IMG/VR virus record: IMGVR_UViG_3300045391_001467
Span: 17,755-81,754 of that record
DNA from: a virus
Lineage: Duplodnaviria; Caudoviricetes
DNA length: 64,000 nucleotides
Reading direction: 5' to 3' (one strand)
Under the pieces are notes generated by a model. The model did no database searches, was not told the origin of the DNA, and worked only from the letters and a program-made list of their open reading frames with translations. Positions within the stretch are counted from its first letter, which is position 1, and every line of letters starts with the position of its first letter. This document shows, one piece after another, positions 38,108-48,616 of this stretch. The position numbers and the translations under genes were made by a program.

Positions 38108-39180
38108 TTAACCTCCTTCTTTACCAGCCACCAGCCCGTAGATTCATCGGCAAACCCTCTATAAGTTTTACCAGTCAATAGTGATGTAGCTGTGGTTGCC
38201 AAGGGTAATAATTTATCAGCTACAGCTTTAAATTGATCTAAATTGATCTCAAATTTATCGTATAACTCGTTTTCTATAAATTCAGATGGGGTATTAGATT
38301 CTTCGTAGTCTTCAGTAACACCCATGATATGGGCAGCTAATTCTTCAATTTCAAAGTAATTACTCATACGTCGGCTCCTAAATAGCTTATAAGATCATTT
38401 CTAGCCTGTAAAAATGCTTTACGGAGCTTATGAAACTCTCCATCTTGTATGCCATTGAAATCTGTATAATACACGAATGCGTAATCAAATCCTTCGCTAG
38501 CAATAACCTCATCAACATATTCTATATCATCAGCGTTCATGTGTTTCCTCCTATAGCATCTATAATTTTATTAGTCATAACTATTTATTAGTCATAACTA
38601 TTCTGCAAGTATCTGGCATCTATCTTTACATTACTCTTAGCCAATGAGTCAAGAAATTCATGGCTATGCGACAGAATATTAGAAAAATCTGCCCTAGAGT
38701 CAGCCAAAGCTCTTGCAAGAGCAACGAAGTTATCACAGTAAAGTGTCATTTGATCAGGCTTTGGTTGATCTACATTCACTAAACGATACGCTATGATATC
38801 ATCATGACTGCCCCATCCATTCTCGTCGCTGTACCAACGCAGTAGCTTCGCACGCCTCTCGTGTACGACACGTCCGCCTCTTAATTTGACATCTACTAGG
38901 GCATCCTTGCTCACAGGACACACACTTGATGCATCTGCATTCCACTCAGTCCAGTCCATCACAACCTACCTAGCACTTCATCATATTCTTCTAAAGCCAC
39001 TACTAACCTATCAAAATCCGCATCAGGCCCGTATAAGTCTGATAGATATTCAATTGTCCCTTCTGGAACATGGTACAGATCAGAAAGATGGTCTAGATAG
39101 TCTTGTCGGTCTTTAAACCCATAGTATTGATACTTATTCATTTGCATACAACCTTCTTGTAAACTCGTCTTGACAGACAA
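38104..39180 (-). CDS. hypothetical genes (38104-38367, 38588-38962, 38959-39180)
   Basis: 38588 gene begins with W.EW...CPV...DIIAYR motif common in phage accessory proteins. Confidence 0.55.
38567..38600. repeat. 17 bp tandem duplication
   Basis: TTTATTAGTCATAACTA x2. Confidence 0.9.
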
Positions 39181-39346
39181 CTAACTCTCCGCTTGCAAAA
39201 TTAACTGTTATGTGGTTAATACCTCCACGCCAATGGCAAATCTTCTCTGATTCAAGAATATCTCCTGAAGAAGCTTTTTGATACATACAACCTGTCATAG
39301 ACACCAAAAGTACGGCTGCTACAAGCTTTAGGATTTTATTTTTCAC
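39134..39346 (-). CDS. small lipoprotein
   Basis: MKNKILKLVAAVLLVSMTG-C lipobox. Confidence 0.65.
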   Translation of the reverse strand: MKNKILKLVAAVLLVSMTGCMYQKASSGDILESEKICHWRGGINHITVNFASGELVVCQDEFTRRLYANE

Positions 39347-39720
39347 ACATCTTCTCCAATGTTCTGTGTAACGTCATTGTAGCTTATGTTTTGATCTATG
39401 TCAACTAGATTGTCTATATCCCTCATTAACTTACCCATCATACGCCTTGCATCAATCACCATCTCATATGAGATGTCACCTTTACCATTCTCATACATCC
39501 AATCTAACACTTCACCAGCATTGTATATCTTAAATCCTTTCCTAAATTTATAACGTTTACCTTTTGGGAAAGTTTTTAAAATTTTATAACTTTTAGAAAG
39601 CTTTATTATAACTGCAACTCTGTGTAAGTTTTTCCCCTCATAAGCTATTAGAGCATCTACACAAGCTTTTTGAATAGCTTTGTAATGATTTGCTTTGGGG
39701 CTAGTAGTTCTTGGCTTCAT
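39343..39720 (-). CDS. hypothetical basic protein
   Basis: 125 aa directly downstream of pol. Confidence 0.6.
   Translation of the reverse strand: MKPRTTSPKANHYKAIQKACVDALIAYEGKNLHRVAVIIKLSKSYKILKTFPKGKRYKFRKGFKIYNAGEVLDWMYENGKGDISYEMVIDARRMMGKLMRDIDNLVDIDQNISYNDVTQNIGEDV
39376..39404 (-). promoter_or_regulatory. sigma70-type promoter inside 3' end of 39343-39720
   Basis: TTGACA-17-TACAAT. Confidence 0.7.
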
Positions 39721-39721
39721 T

Positions 39722-39979
39722 TTAATGACAAGATGCCCAATCCTTTCCGAGCATATAGTCGGCTGCTAAGGTTACATTTAACTTGTAGTAATTACTTGCC
39801 TGCACTACAGCTTCTTTAATCATCTCCCCTGCTTTACACCAACCAACATAGTACCCCTTATCGGAGTGACCTACATCCGACCAAGTCGGGTTTTCTTTTT
39901 TAAATTCTTTTGCTTCTTCTTCTGTTTTAAACATCTTCCACTTAATTAAAGATTTATGAACTTCCAATTGCGCTTCATC
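39722..39979 (-). CDS. polA: DNA polymerase A family, exon 2
   Basis: Begins GAT GAA (D-E of motif C HDE); ends GKDWASCH. Confidence 0.92.
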   Translation of the reverse strand, partial: DEAQLEVHKSLIKWKMFKTEEEAKEFKKENPTWSDVGHSDKGYYVGWCKAGEMIKEAVVQASNYYKLNVTLAADYMLGKDWASCH

Positions 39980-40316
39980 CATAAGTTCAAAGTGTTCGCT
40001 ACGCACTCCCGCACCAGTATGTGCTGCCATACGCTTTCACGTAGGATCGGACTATATCACCATCTGTTTCCAGATGCCTTCCATTTCGGCTCCGCTAGGA
40101 GCCTACTCCCTTTCGGGATAGTCTCTGAACCTTGAGTCACCAAGAATACTCTTTAGAAATGTGTTGATACTGTATATCCATCTACTTCTCTAAAGTCCAT
40201 CCTTAATAACCCCTTGGCTGCTGATTAACATGAATCGTCATTATACACGATTTTTAGCCTTCCAGCAATTAAAAAGGTTATTCGATATGCCTCACGACAT
40301 AAAGCCACAATTATCT
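39980..40316 (-). mobile_element. group I intron (IA2-like), 337 nt
   Basis: P1 CCAU|AG-AUAA-UUGUGG with U-G; P AAUUGCUGGAA, Q AAUCAGCAGC, R GUUCAGAGACUA, S GAUAUAGUCC; terminal G; splicing restores Y-H-D-E. Confidence 0.95.
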
Positions 40317-43262
40317 ATGGTACGCAATAAGTTGTTGCACGAACACTCTGTTCTTCCAATCCTCCAGCCAAAAGTCTACAGACAACCCTTCTTTTTTAAG
40401 CATTCGATCATGAATAACCATGCTACGCTTTGCGCAAATAACTCCTGCAGATTGAAACAAACTATTTATTAAAGCACTGGCAGATCGGGTGTTAATCTTT
40501 CTACCGTCCAGTCCAAGAATAAATTTTTTACCGCCTGTGGTTTCCCAATATTGCTTTAATTTATCCGCAAGTTTTGCAAGTGGTTGTGCTGATTGCCAAT
40601 AAGCATCATAGATAATCTTACCATCCCCTAAACTGCAGCCGACAGTTTTTGCAACACGCTTCGGTTGACCTCCATATGCACAACAATTTCCTGTAATAGT
40701 TATCACATCGCCTTGCCTCATTACCCAAGAGCCAAGCTCTGTAGTGATACACCATACTGGCTGCTCTCCAAGTGACACCATCTTGCTTGTTTGAAGACCT
40801 CTATGAGATTTTTTAGTAAGTCTAACATGCTTCATCGGTCTGTCATTCCAACCTTTCTTATGCGTAACTTGCACAGCACCATCATGAACTAAATAAGATG
40901 CAAGAAGAGCAGCCTCTTGAATATCTCCTACGTTTTGTGCCCAATTCCAAATACTGCCTGTATGATGACCATCCGCAACCATAAATCCTTCTAAAAAAGA
41001 TACACGCTGGTCGTGGCTCATGTTTAATACTCGTTGAGTCCAGTCAGATGTGTACTTCCCATCTAAAATATTAATCATGGTTGGTCTATACACAGCATAT
41101 GCATCCTCTCCTATACCCCAAGGTGCATTCATGATAATATTGCTCTCTGTATTCAGTTGAGATGTAATTCTAACTTCATCTACAGAATTACGAACAGAGA
41201 AGTTAGGCTTACCAGTCGAATATTCTCTGCGTTGCTTTACAAACCAACGATGCTCTGCTGTTGCTTGAAATTTAGTCCATGAATTTCCAAACTCAAACAC
41301 TTCACACGAGTCAAAGAAAATTTTATCTGTGACCCTAGTCCACTTTTTTGTTTTACTTACAGGATCATAACCAAGAACTTCTTCTCCTATAATTAAATCA
41401 TTAAAGTGCTTCCATCCATTTCGCGTTAATGCTCTTGTATGCATGGGCACACAATATTTAACTGACTTTGATGGAGTCCGTTCAAATTTTCTTCCAAGCA
41501 CTTCAGATATCTTTTCAGCAGTTTTTGTATGCACATCATTAGGTTTTTCAAGCACTAAAGATTTGCAATATTTTTTATCATCCTCATCATATCTCCAACA
41601 ATAGTGACTTTCAATCATTGCTTCAAGTGAGCTGAAGTCATAACCCATCTGAAAGAAACCGTCTGCAACGTCAACACCAAATAGCTCCCGCATTTCTTTA
41701 CCAAACGGGCTAGTTACACGAGGGACATTTGCACAAATGCGATGTTTCATTCTCCCCGTACCAGCCCCACACGTGTCGGCCGGAGTTGGTATGCGGTGAT
41801 CTTGAAAGACACGATTAACACTAAGCCACCCCTTTTCTATATCCTCATCGTCGTCAGGATCAATCCCACCACCAAGAATACTATTACGCCTATGTTGATA
41901 CGTGAGGTAACTTGACACATCAGCCGCATGAGCAAACTTTTCACTTAGCTTTATAAGATTTGGGTCTAATTCTTTTTCCATACCTACAGTAAACGTAGGA
42001 TTAGTTAACACCTTCATAGGGCGTTTCATATGGTCATGTTTATATAGCTTCTTCCTCATCTGCTCTTCAGAAGAAACTTCTAAATGCTCTAACCTATCTT
42101 TCATGAACGCGCTGCTCATTGTCTGTTCAATGTACTTATCGCAAGCTTCAATATACTTCTCTTTTGAAATCTTGCGCTTTTTTGCATCGACAGTAAGATC
42201 ACGTTCTTTATAAGCAGAAGGCTCCCAACCCAAATCTCCTATGAGCCAATTTTTAATGTGTGTAGTATCATTAATCTTAGCAGGAATATGTGTAATTATA
42301 GGCTCTTGTGGTATGGGCAGCTTGTACATCTTGTCATAAAGCGAAGCATGGTAATCACCCTCAACCTGATCTATCTTGCCACCATGTTTTTCAACCCATT
42401 TTAAAATATTAGCACTAAGACTTCCATCCTTCTTGAATTGAATTTTAGGTGGAACAAACTCCTTAGCAGCAGTCTTTCCAATAGGCTTAGGTGGAATTAA
42501 AGGCTCTACCACCCTTCGTAGGTTTTCCATGCGCCCGTCAAGTGTCCTAACATGTTCTACAGCTTTTTCATGGTTGAACCAGAATCCTCGATGTTCTTGC
42601 CTAACAACAATTTCTGCTACAGCCTTCTCAAGTTCATAAGCATCTTTCCAATTCCAGTCTCCCCATTCTCGCAATAAGAATTTCCATGTCTTAATATTGG
42701 AACGAACGTCTTGCTTGTTATATACAAGCATTTCAGGGTGATATGCTAAAAACTCAGCACCTTTAGGTGCATTGGGAGTAATAAGCTCAAGCTCTATTGC
42801 TTTTGCTCGCCAATCAATTTTAGCTTCGCCGTGAAGCTTTCCGAAATATTCAATACTATGCGCTGGCCTATCAGGATTAAGACACTTAGACAAAATAAGA
42901 GTGTCTGTTATTGTAATAGGCTTGCCACAAATACTATCCCTCTTTATATCGTAGAACTTTTCTTGTTTCTTCCCCTCAAATACGCCTATCTGAAAGTCCA
43001 TTCCAAGTGCTGCTTTAAAAACTGTATGATCGTATGAAATAGAATTGTGAGCTATCAGTTCATCCGCACTATCTAGGATAAATTCTTTTGCATATTTATA
43101 GACATCATCCTGCACAAATTCATACTCTTTATCTGTATCTACGTCAATAAATACTGCTGAGTGAATTTTAAAGTTATCTTTTAGTTTATACGGTGAGGCT
43201 GTATAGTCTACAGAATCTGAGTTAAGCAGTGAGGTTGCTTCAATATCCCAGCATAACCTCAT
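40317..43262 (-). CDS. polA: DNA polymerase A family, exon 1 (contains intein)
   Basis: WDIEA exonuclease motif, GYDFSSLE motif A, K...Y...YG motif B, NSLFQSAG. Confidence 0.93.
40686..41453 (-). mobile_element. intein (256 aa) in polymerase motif B
   Basis: Starts CVPMHTRALTRNGWK, ends VWCITTE...ITGN before Cys+1; removal gives KSVKY-CCAYG; one LAGLIDADG-like block FLEGFMVADG. Confidence 0.92.
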
Positions 43263-43465
43263 ATTTCCTCCAAGTACGTAATAACGTTTTTAAGCATATG
43301 TTTTTGTCCTTTTAAATACATCCCATAATCACTCATGGCCCTTGTGTCTAATGCACAATAAACTTTACGTAGCTCACAAATAGCCTCATCAATGCATTTA
43401 AGATTACCTGAATTATCAGAGATATTGATATTGGAATTTTTAAGCAGATTGTCTAACATTGCCAT
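43259..43465 (-). CDS. hypothetical protein
   Basis: 68 aa between helicase and pol. Confidence 0.55.
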   Translation of the reverse strand: MAMLDNLLKNSNINISDNSGNLKCIDEAICELRKVYCALDTRAMSDYGMYLKGQKHMLKNVITYLEEI

Positions 43466-43466
43466 C

Positions 43467-44954
43467 CTAAGCAGCTCTCAGAGTCTTTTCACGTTCCAAA
43501 ATCTCCATCACTGTCTGATTATATTGCAAACAATTGATGGCCCTTGTGCATGCCACATACAGCAAATTCTGCTCTTCAGTGTCCAGTCCTATCCACTTCC
43601 CACCTTTCCCGTAATTAGACGGAAAATCATCTTCAAGTTTCACCTGCTTAAACTCTCGCCCCTTACTCTTATGAGCGGTAGTGAAAATAACTTGAGGGTT
43701 ATATGGCTCCTCGTGTCCTTCCAAAACACTAATCCAAACTGGAGCTTGACCAGACATAACTGCTGCTACTAATCTCTTCAACTCTTGGTCATGATCTGCA
43801 TCCTCAACAATAGCTGCCCATTCAGCATATGGCACAATTTTCTCATGCTTCACACTTTTAAGATCACCTTCAAATAGGGCTTGAGCACTCTGTAGTAATC
43901 TCACAAAATCTTTCACATCAATTTCTATAGACACACTCTTACCGTTTTGTATAGCACTTACAGCGCATGTCAAAAGCTCTGTATTCGTGCGAAACAGTCT
44001 GGCGTAAGGTTCGCTGGTATTCAAACAGTTAGTGCCTACGGTTGATGTTATGCTCTCATTGCCTACTATATCTATTTTCCAATCTAGCACAGACATTGCT
44101 ATATCAGCAACTGCTTGCCCATAGCGAAAAGATTTACTTAGCGGAAGTGATGTACATTCAATTTTGTCCATCGCATTAATAGCACCCCTCCAGCCATAAA
44201 TTGCTTGCCGTGAGTCTCCTACTAATACAACTTTCATCTTACCAAATTGATTCTTAACAATATCAAGAACGCAATCTGTAGTATCTTGAGCTTCATCCAA
44301 GTACAGAACTTTATAAGGCAAAATAGGCTTAGATAGCTGATAAAGCTTTAAATACGTATCATGTGTTGCAAGCACATGTGAATCAGGATCAATGCGTTTC
44401 TCCCAAAGCTTCTTTGCTGCTTTAAGGACTATTCCGCATGTTTTCTGTACGTCTAGCTTAGGATGTTTTTCCGCTCTCAGTTTCAGCTCTTGTTTTGGTA
44501 CATGCTTAAAATGTATGCAATCATCAGCACTTTGCTCAAACGCTGCAACTGTACGTTTTACAAGCAAGCCTAGAAAAGCTTGTGTAATGGTATGTGGTTT
44601 CTCCTCTGTACCTACATCAATCGCCTCTAGTTTTAACAGCTTGCCAATCTCCCCTCCTGTCCCTGCCACGTTCAAATACTTTTGAGGTCGCACCAATTTA
44701 TGCTGAAGATCGCTACCAAAAGCAGCATAAGCCAAGCTATGTGTCGTACGGCAAGTAACATGCGAAGGGAACTTGTTGGCAGCTTCTAGTGCTGTTACTT
44801 TATTAAATGCCAGATACAACGATGACTGTTTTAACTCATGCGCCACCATGCTCAACGTACTCGTTTTCCCTGATCCTGCAATTGCACCTATCTTTAGCAA
44901 ATCATTTTCTTTTGCAGCAGATATACAATTTAATTGCTGTTGTGTTGGTTGCAT
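43467..44954 (-). CDS. UvrD-like superfamily 1 helicase
   Basis: AIAGSGKT, LDEAQD, VGDSRQAIY, SFRYG, TAHKSKGREF, YVACTRA. Confidence 0.93.
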   Translation of the reverse strand: MQPTQQQLNCISAAKENDLLKIGAIAGSGKTSTLSMVAHELKQSSLYLAFNKVTALEAANKFPSHVTCRTTHSLAYAAFGSDLQHKLVRPQKYLNVAGTGGEIGKLLKLEAIDVGTEEKPHTITQAFLGLLVKRTVAAFEQSADDCIHFKHVPKQELKLRAEKHPKLDVQKTCGIVLKAAKKLWEKRIDPDSHVLATHDTYLKLYQLSKPILPYKVLYLDEAQDTTDCVLDIVKNQFGKMKVVLVGDSRQAIYGWRGAINAMDKIECTSLPLSKSFRYGQAVADIAMSVLDWKIDIVGNESITSTVGTNCLNTSEPYARLFRTNTELLTCAVSAIQNGKSVSIEIDVKDFVRLLQSAQALFEGDLKSVKHEKIVPYAEWAAIVEDADHDQELKRLVAAVMSGQAPVWISVLEGHEEPYNPQVIFTTAHKSKGREFKQVKLEDDFPSNYGKGGKWIGLDTEEQNLLYVACTRAINCLQYNQTVMEILEREKTLRAA

Positions 44955-44975
44955 TAGGGAGATACTCCTTTAGTA

Positions 44976-44991
44976 TTCTCATTTTTGAGAA
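44976..44991. promoter_or_regulatory. TTCTCA-N4-TGAGAA palindrome, copy 5
   Basis: ATTCTCATTTTTGAGAAT, exact half-sites, a few nt upstream of helicase SD. Confidence 0.65.
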
Positions 44992-45578
44992 TTTTCTTGT
45001 TCGTAATTATCCAAAACATCTAAAGCTAATTTTTCTAGACTGTCGTAGTATCTATAATCAGGGAACTTTGCTAGAATCTTTTTCAAATATACGTGACCAT
45101 TAGCATACAGATTATTTGTCTTATAGATCACTTTCCGTTTGATACTTCTTATAAAATCTTGTTCTAAGACAATTCTACCGTTCTTGTACCATGTCTTACA
45201 AATGCTCAGTGGGAATTCATCTACAACGTCAAATGTTTTCTTATCTACCAGAATTATTTGTACACATATTCCATCAATATTTGACTCAAATACAGCCTTA
45301 ATCTTTGGATTAATCTTATACCATTCAGGTAAGCCTTCGCCAGTCTTAACTCTGAATATAGAAAATCCAGCTTTTTCAAGAATCTTATGCACAATACCAA
45401 TCTGAACACCATCTCTTACAGAAAAGAACAAATCAATATCTGTCGCAACACGCCGAAGATACCAATCTCTTGGTGCACCACCTGCTACAATTGCAAATGG
45501 GTCTATAGTGTAAACCATTGAAAGTGCTTTATCAGCAACTGCACGTTGTTCATTTATCACCTTATCTACACTATACAT
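44979..45578 (-). CDS. nucleotidyltransferase-fold protein 2 (CCA-adding / poly(A) polymerase head-like)
   Basis: VAGGAPRD ... TDIDLF; FPLSIC. Confidence 0.8.
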   Translation of the reverse strand: MYSVDKVINEQRAVADKALSMVYTIDPFAIVAGGAPRDWYLRRVATDIDLFFSVRDGVQIGIVHKILEKAGFSIFRVKTGEGLPEWYKINPKIKAVFESNIDGICVQIILVDKKTFDVVDEFPLSICKTWYKNGRIVLEQDFIRSIKRKVIYKTNNLYANGHVYLKKILAKFPDYRYYDSLEKLALDVLDNYEQENSQK

Positions 45579-45911
45579 TTAAACATCCTTAAGAATTTCA
45601 TTCAAATCATCCAATTCACTAAACCACTCTGAAGGAATTTTATATCCTACTGAAACATAACGTGACATTGCATTGATAATCTCTTGCATACGCTCCATGT
45701 TTACAATGTACTTAGGGCGAATGCCTAGATGGTGCTTCACACTTAGCATAGCAGGACATCTTGACATGTCTGCTGTAGGTAGAATAGGCTTATAGCCAAT
45801 TTCTTGCTCTAAATATTCTGCATAATTGCTCGCGGCTTTCTCCCCTAGTATTACGTAAAGCATTCCACAGCTTTCTAATCTTTTAAAATCATCCTCAGAT
45901 ATTGGCATCAC
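45579..45911 (-). CDS. hypothetical protein
   Basis: 110 aa. Confidence 0.55.
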   Translation of the reverse strand: MMPISEDDFKRLESCGMLYVILGEKAASNYAEYLEQEIGYKPILPTADMSRCPAMLSVKHHLGIRPKYIVNMERMQEIINAMSRYVSVGYKIPSEWFSELDDLNEILKDV

Positions 45912-47145
45912 ATTTTACCTCCAATTTTAAATTCTGCTTATAACTTATGAATGATACTACTTGCTCATACAGACTATAATGCGTAGCTTCAGTTCTAAAT
46001 CCACTAATCTCTTGCCTAACAACAGGAAATAGATTTTTTATTTCTTTTTCTAGACTGTAGGCCGTTTCTCCGTCCATCTTAAAATGTACCTGATTTACAA
46101 CACTTAAACCATATTCCTTGGTATTTCTCACATGAGAGCGCAGCCTATCCTCTATGTTATTAGTTATGCCATACCCAGTGAAATGTGTAGATGGACCCTT
46201 CACCTGTAGTACATAAACATACCCGTCTTTATTTCTCTTAAACCCCGTAATTGCACAGTCCGGACATCTTGATCTGGTATTTATAAATGTGTTTGCGTTC
46301 GCTTCCCACACTCCATGATGTTCACACCTAATTGTAAACTTAACAGGGGTTTCGGATACATCCGACCACTCTACAAATCTATATGGAAGTCTTTCTTTTT
46401 CAATTATATTTTTTATTCTATACTCATATTGCTCTAATGTCCAGCGCGTTGATTTTGAGCAGCGGCAGGGTCTTACTCCACGTTTTAAGTGCCTTCCGTC
46501 TGCCTCAAAAACTCCATCGCAGACGCCTGCGGCAACATACTCATCATTACTGCACAAAGGGCAGTGGACGTTCCAGTACACTGACACGCCTTGAGAGTTC
46601 TTTCTAGAACTTCTAGTGAAGATAGTGCCTTCCATAAATGCACCCGTTTTCTGAAAATCCGCTATTGCGCTCTGTAATGGCTGCTGGTTTAGCAAGGAAT
46701 TTAAGTCGTTTCGGCACTGCGGACACCCAATACCAAATAACAAAGTGCTTATTGTGCACGACCACTCGTTCCCGTCCTTATTACAACGCAAATTTACGCG
46801 TGTCTTATTTCCTTCCCACTTCTCTGAAAATCCAATGAAAACGAAGTCTCTGTCTGCGCATATCCTTTGAATTTTTATCTCGTACTGATCTTTAGACCAA
46901 TAGTGTTGTTTTGCACAGCCACACGGTGTTTGGCCTGCTTTCAATTGTGCTTTTGTTGACTTAAACAATCCAAGGCCAAATAACTCACTGTCTTGACTGC
47001 AAATATGGCATTTTACTGTATATACCTTGTTGCTGTAAGACCTAGACCCATCCCACCCTATAACCTCTAACTGCCCATCCTCCCCGAATCGTTGTCCTAT
47101 AAAGTCATCGACCTTTTGATCTTGTTTTTCTTCTCCAACTTCCAT
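45895..47145 (-). mobile_element. free-standing homing endonuclease (duplicated Cys-rich modules plus C-terminal GIY-YIG-like domain)
   Basis: CHIC/PCGC/CPQC and CPLC/PCRC/CPDC modules; GYVYVL...GYGITNNIEDRLRSH. Confidence 0.75.
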
Positions 47146-47147
47146 TT

Positions 47148-47336
47148 TTAAGCAAGCTCCTCCAACTTCTTGAGGAGCTTTCGCTTCCTTACAACCCTCC
47201 TCGCCTCTTTAATCTTATCAACCATTGCGTTGTTGCTTCGCTTCTGGTAGTATATTAATTGCTGTGTTATCCGCTGCGCTGTGCTAATCTCAACATAGTC
47301 TGCAAGCTCTTCAATTGTGCAATTCTGGTAGTCCAT
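47148..47336 (-). CDS. hypothetical basic protein
   Basis: 62 aa, SD AAGGAG, behind promoter at 47360. Confidence 0.6.
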   Translation of the reverse strand: MDYQNCTIEELADYVEISTAQRITQQLIYYQKRSNNAMVDKIKEARRVVRKRKLLKKLEELA

Positions 47337-47359
47337 AAATCTCCTTTAAATGAACTACC

Positions 47360-47388
47360 ATTATACCACGACATACACTATTTGTCAA
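47360..47388 (-). promoter_or_regulatory. sigma70-type promoter
   Basis: TTGACA-17-TATAAT. Confidence 0.85.
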
Positions 47389-47421
47389 CAGGCAACTACG
47401 TCAATATCCTCCATGCAGGAA

Positions 47422-48545
47422 TCATCCATACCAATGTGAAAGCTCCTCCTGCACAGCCTCATCTGGAGACAACCCTTCAGATTCTGCATAGGAATCATAA
47501 ACGGAGGCAGCAACATCAAAGCAGGCGCGATACTTCACATTCGTCTGCGCTTGAAACTCTTTAGCAAACTCTGCAATCCACGTTTGTTTGTTCATACAGC
47601 TTCCTCTTTAAACTCCTGAACACTCTCGTAATATTTCTTTGCGAGTGCAGCTTTCTCTTCGGACTTGTAAGCGTTAATGCAGCGCGTAACCGTTTGCGTG
47701 TGCGAATAGCCTCGTGTGTCATGGTGAGTGACGTTTCCTTTGCACCAAATCTCATACTTCATTAAGTAACGGTTTGGGTTGTAGATTACGGTGAATTGAT
47801 CTTTTTGCATTTGTTTCTCCCTTTATTAGATACTAACACAGTGTTATAGCATAAATAGATAATTTCCTAGCGTTAATTGTGATACAACTCTGTGCTAATA
47901 CAAGTTTTCACTGAATAGCTTACCAACACCATCCTCAGACATATCACCACCAACTCTGCGAATGATTTGTCCTGCAGTCTCTGCAACAAGCCATGCTTCT
48001 TCCCTTGTAAGAAACTGCCCTCTATTATCTATAAAGCCTTGCTCTGTCTCGTTAGACTTCCAAGAGAAACCCCGTAATCCCCATGATTTCATATGTTGAC
48101 ATTGAAAGCTATCATAATGCCTAATACCTAGTACTATATTTCCTGTATTAATATCTTTGTTGGCTGCACATACAATTCTTTGTTCCATTACCATCTTTTA
48201 TAAATGTTTTTCAATAAGGTCTGCAATCTCTAGAAAAGACAGCCTATCCACGTCATTGATACAAGAAATCTGTCCTACACCTACATAAGGATTGTCTGCA
48301 TCTAACTCTGCCCAACTTACTACATCACGAGGGGGCAGGTGACAGCCTATCCCTCCTGTATCATATGCATAAAAAGAATGACCAGAAACGGGCCTCCATT
48401 GACCGTTGCTCGTAACTTTCCTATGTATGTCACATAGAACCCCCAAGCAGCAAAAGGCATTTTTACTCTTCAATACTACAGTTCCTTGCTCGTACTCTCC
48501 ACTCCGCAGGGCTTCTAGCCAGAGTTGTTTTACTTGGTGATTCAT
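47422..48545 (-). CDS. run of small hypothetical genes (about 47422-47595, 47592-47810, 47895-48194, 48198-48545)
   Basis: ORFs with SDs; 48198 gene has CCLGVLC motif. Confidence 0.55.
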
Positions 48546-48580
48546 TTGGTATTTCTCCTTTAGGTAGTGAATTTGAATTG

Positions 48581-48609
48581 ATTATAGAAGATTTGCAGAG
48601 TGTTGTCAA
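48581..48609 (-). promoter_or_regulatory. sigma70-type promoter
   Basis: TTGACA-17-TATAAT. Confidence 0.85.
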
Positions 48610-48616
48610 TGGCTAC

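Noticed and set aside
39722-40030. ORF MAAHTGAG... as a separate gene
   Set aside because: Its first 17 codons are intron; the rest is polymerase exon 2
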